Shown: one piece after another, positions 56,552 through 64,000 of the stretch | Numbering within the stretch: the stretch's first letter is position 1 | Layout: each line of letters starts with the position of its first letter | Source of the DNA: an uncultured Planktomarina sp. | GTDB lineage: Bacteria > Pseudomonadota > Alphaproteobacteria > Rhodobacterales > Rhodobacteraceae | Assembly: GCA_951541495.1 (NCBI GenBank) | Contig: CATOCL010000003.1 | Span: 48,485-112,484, forward strand | Reading direction: 5' to 3' | Length of the DNA stretch: 64,000 nt | The notes under the pieces: generated by a model | The model's database searches: none | Told to the model about the DNA's origin: nothing | What the model saw: the letters and a program-made list of their open reading frames with translations, nothing else | Program-made: the position numbers and the translations under genes

Positions 56552-57640
56552 ATGACCCTACACTATGGATTGATAGGTTGTGGAATGATGGGGCATGAGC
56601 ACATTCGAAATATTGCCCTGCTTGAAGATACGGAAATTTCTGTGATTTATGAGCCAAATCCGGAAATGCGCGCATTCGCTTTAAAAACTTTACCAAAAAC
56701 AAAAATTGTAAACTCTTTAAAAGAACTCCTTGATCACAACCCTTTAGATTGTTTGGTTATTGTCAGTCCAAATTACTGCCACATGAGCCAATTGAAAGAA
56801 ATAGCGCAGACCCGCCCATTACCAATTCTATGTGAGAAACCGCTTTATACTGATCCCAGAGATTTGATAGCTGCAGAAGACTTTGCCAAGAAATATAAAT
56901 CATTAGCGTGGGTGGCTATGGAGTATCGTTATATGCCGCCGGTAGCTGCATTTCTAGACTTAGCTAAAGAGGCAACTGGCGGAATAAAGATGCTTACAAT
57001 TTGCGAGCACCGCTTTCCATTTCTGCCCAAAATTAATGATTGGAACCGATTTAACAAAAATACTGGTGGAACCTTAGTTGAAAAATGCTGTCATTTCTTT
57101 GACCTTATGCGTCTTGTTCTACAGTCAGATCCGATACGAATAATGGCGAGCGCAGGACAAGAGGTGAACCATTTAAATGAATCATACAATAATGAATACT
57201 CAGATATCTGGGATTGCGGATATGTGATTGTAGATTTTGCCAATGGATCACGTGCGATGTTGGAGCTCAGTATGTTTGCAGAAGGGTCAGAGTACCAGGA
57301 AGAAATACATGCAGTGGGGCCGAAGGGAAAAATTTCTTGTAAAGTACCAGGCCCAACTCGTTTCTGGCCCAAGCACATGTCTGAACCTCCTGTGCCACAT
57401 TTGATTTTAAGTCCACGAAGCCCTATGGCTCCAAGTAGGATAGACACTGTTGTTCCGTCAGAGCTATTAAGCGCTGGCGATCATAATGGATCTACTTTTT
57501 ACCAACATCAAAAATTTCAGGCAGCTATTTTGGATCAAAAATTGCCAGAAGTAAGTATCCAAGATGGAATTTGGGCAGTTCGTATGGGCATGGCTGCGCA
57601 AGAATCTGCCGTTGAAAAAAGAGTTGTAGAACTCAAATAG
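56552..57640 (+). CDS. Gfo/Idh/MocA family NAD(P)-dependent oxidoreductase
   Basis: YGLIGCGMMGHEH Rossmann N-terminus and EKP motif (CEKPLYT); 362 aa; 9 nt after the gntR-family gene. Confidence 0.85.
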   Translation: MTLHYGLIGCGMMGHEHIRNIALLEDTEISVIYEPNPEMRAFALKTLPKTKIVNSLKELLDHNPLDCLVIVSPNYCHMSQLKEIAQTRPLPILCEKPLYTDPRDLIAAEDFAKKYKSLAWVAMEYRYMPPVAAFLDLAKEATGGIKMLTICEHRFPFLPKINDWNRFNKNTGGTLVEKCCHFFDLMRLVLQSDPIRIMASAGQEVNHLNESYNNEYSDIWDCGYVIVDFANGSRAMLELSMFAEGSEYQEEIHAVGPKGKISCKVPGPTRFWPKHMSEPPVPHLILSPRSPMAPSRIDTVVPSELLSAGDHNGSTFYQHQKFQAAILDQKLPEVSIQDGIWAVRMGMAAQESAVEKRVVELK

Positions 57641-57766
57641 AATCAACAGCTAAACCTGATTCATCTAAATGGCATTCAACTAAAAAGTTATGCAGTAGGC
57701 ATGGAAGAAAACTGCAGGTCATAATTAGAAGAGCTAAATAGTAAGATTAGTGTTGGCCTATTTTTG

Positions 57767-58909
57767 CTAATCCCGGCCTTTTACCCCATCCCAAAAACCT
57801 TTAACTTTGTTAAAAAACCCAGCACTTTCTGGACTATTATCGGGGGACAGCTCTTCAAACTCTTTAAGTAGTTCTTTTTGTTTGGTGGTAAGGTTTACCG
57901 GTGTTTCCACTTGTAATTCAATGAACATATCACCGAGTGCCCCACCGCGGACTGCGGGCATGCCCTTGGACCGTAGTCGCATTTGACGACCAGTCTGACT
58001 ACCAGCAGGAATTTTTACACGGCTTCGGCCACCATCAATACTTGGTACTTCAATATCACCGCCTATAGCAGCAGAAGTCATCGACACGGGTATCCTACAA
58101 AATAGATTTGTACCCTCCCGCTCAAATATAGAATGATCATCTACTTCAATAAAAATATATAGGTCACCTTTGGGGCCTCCAAGCGCGCCTGCCTCACCCT
58201 CATTTGACAAACGGATGCGCGTTCCAGTTTCTACACCAGATGGAATATTAACAGAAAGTGACCGTTCTTTTTCCGTGCGTCCTGCGCCTCGACAACTGGA
58301 ACAGGGATTTTTAATTACCTGTCCGGCACCAGAGCAAGTTGGACAGGTTCTTTCAACAGTGAAAAACCCCTGTTGTGCACGTACCTTACCCATTCCAGAG
58401 CATGTACCGCATTTACTTGGTTCACTACCGGATGCTGCACCAGACCCACCGCATGGCTCACAAGATACAGCAGTAGGGACACTAATTGTTTTTTGTAAGC
58501 TTTTGTACGCCTCTTCCAGGGTGACGCGCATATTATAGCGAAGGTCAGAACCTCGACTTGCTCTCTGTCGACCACCTCCTCGATTGCCACCCATAAAATC
58601 GCCAAAGAGGTCATCAAATACGTCTGAAAATGAATTTGAAAAGTTACCCTGCCCACCAAAGCCTCCAGGGTTACCGCCACCGCCTTCAAAAGCTGCATGC
58701 CCATAGCGATCGTAGGCAGCCTTTTTATCGTTATCTTTTAAAACTTCATAAGCTTCATTAGCTTCTTTGAAGAGGTCCTCAGCTTTTGGGTTCTCAGTGT
58801 TGCGGTCTGGGTGTAGCTCTTTCGCTTTTGTACGATAAGCTTTCTTAATCTCGTCCGCATTTGCGCCCTTGGTAATTCCAAGCGTTTCGTAATAATCACG
58901 TTTAGACAT
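57767..58909 (-). CDS. dnaJ: Molecular chaperone DnaJ
   Basis: J domain (DYYETLG...HPDRN), G/F region, four CxxCxGxG zinc-finger repeats. Confidence 0.96.
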   Translation of the reverse strand: MSKRDYYETLGITKGANADEIKKAYRTKAKELHPDRNTENPKAEDLFKEANEAYEVLKDNDKKAAYDRYGHAAFEGGGGNPGGFGGQGNFSNSFSDVFDDLFGDFMGGNRGGGRQRASRGSDLRYNMRVTLEEAYKSLQKTISVPTAVSCEPCGGSGAASGSEPSKCGTCSGMGKVRAQQGFFTVERTCPTCSGAGQVIKNPCSSCRGAGRTEKERSLSVNIPSGVETGTRIRLSNEGEAGALGGPKGDLYIFIEVDDHSIFEREGTNLFCRIPVSMTSAAIGGDIEVPSIDGGRSRVKIPAGSQTGRQMRLRSKGMPAVRGGALGDMFIELQVETPVNLTTKQKELLKEFEELSPDNSPESAGFFNKVKGFWDGVKGRD

Positions 58910-58931
58910 TTGGCTTGTCCCCTTTGGAACA

Positions 58932-58963
58932 AAAACCAGCCAATTAAATAATTGGCTGGTTTT
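58932..58963 (-). terminator. Perfect 14-bp inverted repeat between dnaK and dnaJ (intra-operon attenuator/terminator hairpin)
   Basis: AAAACCAGCCAATT-aaat-AATTGGCTGGTTTT; on the coding (minus) strand it is followed by TTTTTG. Confidence 0.6.
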
Positions 58964-58982
58964 AATTGGTTCCTATTTGGCG

Positions 58983-60890
58983 TTAGCCGTGCTTATCGCC
59001 ATCCAAGTCTTCAAAGTCAGCATCAAGAATATCATCATCCATGACAGCGCCCTCATCGACGCCGCCAGCGGCTTCTGCCTCTTGGCTTGACTTATATATT
59101 GCCTCGCCAAGTTTCATTGCAGCTTCTGTGACATTTTGGATGCCAGACTTTATCTTGCCCGCATCATCATTTTCTAACTCATCATTTAGTGCTGCTATGG
59201 CGAGCTCAATGGCTTCAATAGTAGTCGGGTCGACCTTATCGCCATGCTCCTCCATTGACTTCTCAGTTGAATGAATGAGGCTTTCTGCCTGGTTCCTGCT
59301 TTCAACCAACTCTTTGCGGTCTTTATCAGATTCAGCATTTTCTTCAGCATCTTTAACCATGGCATCAATATCCGAATCGCTCAAACCACCTGATGCTTGT
59401 ATGGTAATTTTTTGTTCTTTTCCGGTGCCCTTGTCGGATGCTCCAACTGATACGATGCCGTTGGCATCAATATCAAATGTAACCTCAATTTGTGGCATGC
59501 CTCGTGGTGCCGGTGGGATTTCTTCTAGGTTAAATTGCCCTAGAATTTTATTATCCGCCGCCATTTCACGCTCGCCTTGAAAACAACGTATGGTCACTGC
59601 GCTTTGACTGTCTTCCGCAGTTGAGAACACCTGGGATTTCTTTGTTGGTATAGTGGTGTTTCTATCTATTAATCGGGTAAATACACCGCCCAAAGTTTCA
59701 ATTCCCAAGGATAGTGGGGTAACATCCAATAGAACAACGTCTTTCACGTCTCCTTGTAGGACGCCTGCCTGAATAGCTGCACCCATAGCAACAACTTCAT
59801 CTGGGTTGACGCCTTTGTTTGGTTCCTTACCAAAGAATTTAGTGACTTCGTCAACTACCTTTGGCATCCGCGTCATACCGCCAACCAAAACAATTTCATC
59901 AATGTCACCGGTTGAGAGGCCCGCATCTTTTAATGCGGCTTGGCAAGGCTTTAAGGAAGCCTTGATAAGATCGCCAACTAAACTTTCTAGCTTTGCCCGA
60001 GTTAATTTTACAACAAGGTGTAGAGGCTGACCTGATGATCCATCCATTGAAATAAATGGCTGGTTAATCTCTGTTTGGCTGGAAGAGGAGAGCTCAATCT
60101 TTGCTTTTTCGGCCGCTTCCTTAAGCCGCTGCAATGCCATTTTATCCTTTTTAAGATCTACGCCATTCTCTTTTTTAAACTCTTCCGCAAGATAATTAAC
60201 AATGCGCATATCGAAGTCTTCACCACCGAGGAACGTATCGCCATTGGTAGACTTTACTTCGAAGAGGCCATCATCAATTTCTAAAATAGTGACGTCAAAG
60301 GTACCACCACCAAGGTCAAAAACGGCAATTGTCTGAGTTTCTTTTCTATCTAACCCATAGGCCAGAGCGGCAGCGGTTGGCTCATTAATGATCCGTAGTA
60401 CCTCTAGGCCAGCGATTTTACCGGCATCTTTAGTTGCCTGTCTCTGAGCATCATTAAAATACGCTGGAACCGTTATTACGGCTTGCTCAACTGTCTCACC
60501 AATATAGGCCTCGGCAGTTTCCTTCATCTTTTGTAAAATGAATGCTGATATTTGAGCGGGTGAAAATTTATCTCCCTGTGCTTCAATCCAAGCATCACCA
60601 TTGCCACCGTTAATCACGTTAAAAGGCAGGTTTTTCATATCTTTTTTAAGATGAGCATCATCATATCTGCGCCCGACCAAACGCTTTACGCCAAAAACTG
60701 TATTGTCTGGATTTGTAACGGCCTGCCGTTTCGCCGGCTGACCCACCAGCCGCTCATCATTTGTGAAAGCAACAATTGAAGGCGTCGTGCGCGCACCTTC
60801 TGCATTTTCAATTACCCGTGGCTGTGACCCATCCATGATGGCAACGCAGCTGTTGGTAGTTCCAAGATCAATCCCAATGACTTTTGCCAT
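58983..60890 (-). CDS. dnaK: Molecular chaperone DnaK (Hsp70)
   Basis: [32 protein letters not shown]; 635 aa. Confidence 0.97.
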   Translation of the reverse strand: MAKVIGIDLGTTNSCVAIMDGSQPRVIENAEGARTTPSIVAFTNDERLVGQPAKRQAVTNPDNTVFGVKRLVGRRYDDAHLKKDMKNLPFNVINGGNGDAWIEAQGDKFSPAQISAFILQKMKETAEAYIGETVEQAVITVPAYFNDAQRQATKDAGKIAGLEVLRIINEPTAAALAYGLDRKETQTIAVFDLGGGTFDVTILEIDDGLFEVKSTNGDTFLGGEDFDMRIVNYLAEEFKKENGVDLKKDKMALQRLKEAAEKAKIELSSSSQTEINQPFISMDGSSGQPLHLVVKLTRAKLESLVGDLIKASLKPCQAALKDAGLSTGDIDEIVLVGGMTRMPKVVDEVTKFFGKEPNKGVNPDEVVAMGAAIQAGVLQGDVKDVVLLDVTPLSLGIETLGGVFTRLIDRNTTIPTKKSQVFSTAEDSQSAVTIRCFQGEREMAADNKILGQFNLEEIPPAPRGMPQIEVTFDIDANGIVSVGASDKGTGKEQKITIQASGGLSDSDIDAMVKDAEENAESDKDRKELVESRNQAESLIHSTEKSMEEHGDKVDPTTIEAIELAIAALNDELENDDAGKIKSGIQNVTEAAMKLGEAIYKSSQEAEAAGGVDEGAVMDDDILDADFEDLDGDKHG

Positions 60891-60996
60891 CTTTTAGCAT
60901 CCCTTCGCTCTGGTTATTTATAGGCAGTGGCCCGCAGGGCGGCTCCTCGGCCTGAATTTCTGAGTAGCTTCTGTAAACTACTAGCTCAGCGCGCTA

Positions 60997-61025
60997 TATA
61001 GGTACGACTATGATCCCCTGCAACC
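60997..61025 (-). promoter_or_regulatory. Candidate RpoH (sigma-32)-type promoter upstream of dnaK
   Basis: The minus strand reads GTTG-N18-CCTATAT, close to the alphaproteobacterial consensus CTTG-N17/18-CYTATNT, about 105 nt upstream of the dnaK ATG. Confidence 0.45.
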
Positions 61026-61043
61026 ATCTTGAGGTAATGAAAT

Positions 61044-61682
61044 TTGGATTTTTTGAGGTTAAATGAAAATATTTCTCCACGACCAACAATAAATGTGGGT
61101 GGAATTGCTGTTTTTAAAGGTTTTTTACCAATAACAGATCAAACAAAAATTGTAGAAGATTTACGGCATGTTGTTGAAAAAGCACCTACATTTTCACCCA
61201 AAACTAAATTTGGGAAAAAAATGTCTGTAAAACTTACGGCTGCAGGTGAGTTTGGTTGGTTTTCAGACCATCGAGGTTATCGCTATGAGAAACGGCATCC
61301 GTCTGGCGTATCTTGGCCAGAAATACCATCTTCTATTTTAAGCATCTGGCGCTTTTTAGCCTCACAAGCGCCATCGCCTCAGTGTTGTTTGGTCAATTAT
61401 TATGAAAAAGATGCTCGAATGGGCATGCATCAAGATCGTGATGAGGCGAATTTTGAGTGGCCGGTAGTATCTATTTCTCTTGGTGACGATGCCTTGCTAC
61501 GCGTAGGTGGGCCAACCAAGGGGGGCAAAACATCATCAGTCTGGTTGCAGTCAGGCGACGTAGCAGTAATGGGTGGGGATGCAAGACTTAACTTTCATGG
61601 TATTGATCGCATAAAATTTAAAAGTTCTAATTTGTTAAAAAAAGGTGGACGCTTAAATGTTACATTAAGGGTAGTCACTTAA
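61044..61682 (+). CDS. alkB: Alpha-ketoglutarate-dependent DNA/RNA dealkylating dioxygenase AlkB
   Basis: CLVNYYEKDARMGMHQDRDE (HxD), VVSISLG, GDVAVMGGDARLNFHGI, RLNVTLR. TTG start assumed. Confidence 0.85.
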   Translation: MDFLRLNENISPRPTINVGGIAVFKGFLPITDQTKIVEDLRHVVEKAPTFSPKTKFGKKMSVKLTAAGEFGWFSDHRGYRYEKRHPSGVSWPEIPSSILSIWRFLASQAPSPQCCLVNYYEKDARMGMHQDRDEANFEWPVVSISLGDDALLRVGGPTKGGKTSSVWLQSGDVAVMGGDARLNFHGIDRIKFKSSNLLKKGGRLNVTLRVVT

Positions 61683-61755
61683 AAGTGACCACTAGTCTTT
61701 AAAATTGGAAAAGTATTTCCCGATTTAATTTAAACATTAAAACTAAAAAATAGAC

Positions 61756-62220
61756 CTAAGCAGCGACAAATGTCGGACCTTGCTGCAAAATAGCATGCAA
61801 AGTATTAGCATTTTCGTTGTTACGAAGCTTCATGCAAACGTCTGAATCGCGTAAGGTACGTGAAACCAATGCCAGGGCTTTTAAGTGTTCAACACCACTT
61901 GAAAGCGGAGCAAATAGTGCAAAGGCTAGATCAACTGGCTGGCGGTCTACGGCATCAAATTCTATTGGCCGATCTAATTTTATAAAGCAGCCAACAATTC
62001 GATCGAGGTCTGCTATGCGTGCATGAGGTAAGGCCACTCCACGCCCAACGCCAGTTGGGCCCAAAACCTCTCGTTCTAAAAGTGCCTCGACAGCAATATC
62101 AGGGTTAATCCCGTAATTTTGTTCTGCAATTGTTGCTAAGTCTTGAAACAGACGCTTTTTGCTCCCAACGGATTGCGTGTTGCGAACTGCTTCTGGTATC
62201 AATATTTCTATGAGTTCCAT
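61756..62220 (-). CDS. ptsN: Nitrogen-related PTS EIIA protein PtsN
   Basis: 154 aa with GVGRGVALPHARI active-site His context; downstream of hpf. Confidence 0.85.
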   Translation of the reverse strand: MELIEILIPEAVRNTQSVGSKKRLFQDLATIAEQNYGINPDIAVEALLEREVLGPTGVGRGVALPHARIADLDRIVGCFIKLDRPIEFDAVDRQPVDLAFALFAPLSSGVEHLKALALVSRTLRDSDVCMKLRNNENANTLHAILQQGPTFVAA

Positions 62221-62242
62221 TTTTTCTTAGTTGTATTTTTAA

Positions 62243-62806
62243 CTAGGCTGGATCAACCCATCCCACGTTGCCGTCCTTACGACGGTATACAACATTTACT
62301 CCATTGTGGCCTTCGTTCCTGAAGACAAGGACCGGCGCGCCGGCTAGTTCCATTTGCATTACAGCTTGGCTAACTGATAAATAATCGAGATCTTGATCTG
62401 TCTCTGCAACAGTTAAGGGCAGCCCTGTTTTTAGATCAGAATCACTTAAACCTTCTAATTCGGTTCTATACGAGGGTGTCTCTGAAAGTTCAACGGGTTG
62501 CGATCTAACCTGACTATGGTCCTTTAACCTTCTTTTGTATCTGCGTAACTGCGTTCCCAATTTCTTGGAAGTAGCATCAAAGGCAGCGTAAATTTCATGT
62601 GCACTTGTTTTAGACTGTGCGGTCAAACCAGTTGAGAGGTGCATCATTGCTTCGCATACGTATTGGTCAGCGTTTTTTGAAAAAATTACTGTGGCATCAA
62701 TCGGCCGTTGTGCATATTTTGTAACTACACTGTCTAAGGATGACTTAACGTGGTTATTTAATGCTTCGCCTGTATGTATTTTTTTCCCTGTGATTTGATA
62801 AAACAT
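62243..62806 (-). CDS. hpf: Ribosome hibernation-promoting factor, long form
   Basis: N-terminal sigma-54-modulation/S30AE fold (QITGKKIHTGEAL...) plus a C-terminal dimerisation domain (FRNEGHNGVNVVYRRKDGNVGWV). Confidence 0.88.
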   Translation of the reverse strand: MFYQITGKKIHTGEALNNHVKSSLDSVVTKYAQRPIDATVIFSKNADQYVCEAMMHLSTGLTAQSKTSAHEIYAAFDATSKKLGTQLRRYKRRLKDHSQVRSQPVELSETPSYRTELEGLSDSDLKTGLPLTVAETDQDLDYLSVSQAVMQMELAGAPVLVFRNEGHNGVNVVYRRKDGNVGWVDPA

Positions 62807-62988
62807 TTGTTCTCCAATCCAAAAGCTGTTGTTAAGTTTTTACTCCGCCCGAATAAATTGAGATAATAACCAAATGTACATGTTCAGCCACCACCCTCAT
62901 AAACGGGCCATCGCTGTTTTTTGAAAAAAATGGACACTCGGCATATCATCATTTGGACAAACCAAAGTGCCATATGTCAACTTTTATT

Positions 62989-63747
62989 TTAAATTATTTG
63001 AAAATTTTCACCAAGATAGACACGTCTAACATTTTCGTCGTTGACGATTTCGTTCGTTGTGCCACTCATAAGAACTTTACCATCATGGAGAATATATGCC
63101 CTATCCACAATTTCTAAAGTTTCGCGCACGTTATGGTCTGTAATTAATACACCTATTCCACGTTTCTTTAACGTCGAAACCAACTCCCTAATCTCACCCA
63201 CAGCTACTGGATCAATACCCGCAAATGGTTCATCTAAAAGTAAATATTTTGGATTTGCCGCTAAACACCGTGCAATTTCTACCCGTCGCCGCTCGCCGCC
63301 CGACAAGGCTAATGCGGGTGTCTGCCTCAAGTGATCAATAGAAAACTCACTGAGAAGTTCTTCTAGCCGGTCATAGCGGCTTTTCTTGTCTAATTTGGTA
63401 AGCTCAAGAACGGCCAGAATGTTTTTTTCAACATTCATTCCGCGAAAGATTGAACTTTCTTGAGGCAAATAGCCGATACCAAGCCTGGCGCGTCGATACA
63501 TTGGTAGGCGTGTTACATCGCGACCATTGAGCACTACTTGGCCGCCTTCAGGCATCACCAGTCCTGCAATTGAGTAAAAGCAAGTTGTTTTTCCTGACCC
63601 GTTTGGTCCCAAAAGAGCAACAATTTCACCTGGATTCAAATGTATGCTCACGTCACGAATTACTAAACGTTTGCGGTAGCTTTTTCTTAAAGATATTATT
63701 CCTAAGCCGCCTTGGCCCTCAGATACTTCAAAAGAGTGTTGCACCAT
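62989..63747 (-). CDS. lptB: LPS export ABC transporter ATP-binding protein LptB
   Basis: GPNGSGKTT Walker A, LSGGERRRVEIAR signature, LLLDEPFAGIDP Walker B; 252 aa. Confidence 0.93.
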   Translation of the reverse strand: MVQHSFEVSEGQGGLGIISLRKSYRKRLVIRDVSIHLNPGEIVALLGPNGSGKTTCFYSIAGLVMPEGGQVVLNGRDVTRLPMYRRARLGIGYLPQESSIFRGMNVEKNILAVLELTKLDKKSRYDRLEELLSEFSIDHLRQTPALALSGGERRRVEIARCLAANPKYLLLDEPFAGIDPVAVGEIRELVSTLKKRGIGVLITDHNVRETLEIVDRAYILHDGKVLMSGTTNEIVNDENVRRVYLGENFQII

Positions 63748-64000
63748 TAATTTGATCCAGTTGACAGTATCGTTTTCACCTGACCCTCCACAGTTGCAGC
63801 GCCTGTGTTCAAATCAATCTGCAAAGATTTGGCCGACATTAAAATTTTTCCTTGGCTAAAAAGTACATTTCCGCTCATCATTAAGGTACGGTTTTTCAGA
63901 GAGTATTCAACAGAATCGGATTCGGCACTTTCGTCAGCAGTAGCAACCGTCACACCACCGCTAGCACTCAATTTATCTATTTCTCCCGTCTCTAAATATG
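63747..64000 (-). CDS. lptA: LptA/OstA-family LPS transport periplasmic protein; 5' end beyond window
   Basis: The frame is open to the window edge, has beta-rich OstA-like repeats (VEYSLKNRTLMMSGNV...LQIDLNTGAATVEG), and ends overlapping the lptB start. Confidence 0.65.
   Translation of the reverse strand, partial: YLETGEIDKLSASGGVTVATADESAESDSVEYSLKNRTLMMSGNVLFSQGKILMSAKSLQIDLNTGAATVEGQVKTILSTGSN

Noticed and set aside
58170-58704. 122-aa plus-strand and 129-aa minus-strand (alternate frame) ORFs within dnaJ
   Set aside because: They overlap the unmistakable DnaJ frame. They arise from the Gly/Cys-rich repeat region and are not independent genes.
62952-62980. Sigma-54-like TGGCAC-N5-TTTG and a TTGACA hexamer upstream of hpf
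   Set aside because: The -12 element does not match TTGC, and the TTGACA has no acceptable -10 hexamer at 16-19 bp. This is too weak to call a promoter.
1-64000. tRNA, rRNA, CRISPR arrays, IS/transposase, integrase or phage genes, and toxin-antitoxin or known defence modules
   Set aside because: Intergenic spacers are short (mostly under 180 bp) and none folds into a cloverleaf or shows repeat-spacer periodicity. No ORF has transposase, integrase or defence-system motifs that I can recognise.

Overview
Origin-proximal, mostly housekeeping chromosome segment. It looks alphaproteobacterial, inferred from alpha-type AddA/AddB, RegB-SenC-RegA, Tim44-like and Mic60-like genes, and from gene order. 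I call about 60 protein genes and saw no rRNA, tRNA, CRISPR array, IS or prophage. Left to right: maeB (partial), mutS, grpE-hrcA, rph-rdgB-hemW, parB-parA-rsmG-mnmG-mnmE-rho-hemJ (all minus strand), a very AT-rich 381-bp gap with DnaA boxes (putative oriC), a fused maf-aroE, coaE, dnaQ, secB, fxsA, Tim44-like, smr, MFS, hslUV, trxA-addA-addB-murU-amgK. Then comes an accessory block (MBL lipoprotein, aminotransferase, PhyH dioxygenase, PMT-like methyltransferase), followed by regB/senC/regA, HD hydrolase, ahcY, a yciI-like gene broken by an in-frame TGA, gpsA, hemD-mic60-like-hemY_N, amidase, di-haem peroxidase and a Sel1 protein. A second accessory block is an SsuD-family monooxygenase + YdhF-like aldo-keto reductase + TRAP transporter operon, divergent from a GntR regulator + Gfo/Idh/MocA oxidoreductase. 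The window ends with dnaJ-dnaK, alkB and ptsN-hpf-lptB-lptA (partial). Most notable: (1) the putative oriC plus two perfect parS sites embedded in the 5' codons of rsmG and mnmG; (2) the SsuD-AKR-TRAP module, a possible undescribed oxygenolytic organosulfonate pathway; (3) the single-ORF Maf-AroE fusion; (4) the in-frame TGA in yciI; (5) rpoN missing from the lptB-hpf junction. All functional calls rest on motif and family recognition by eye from the translations; no database search was run.
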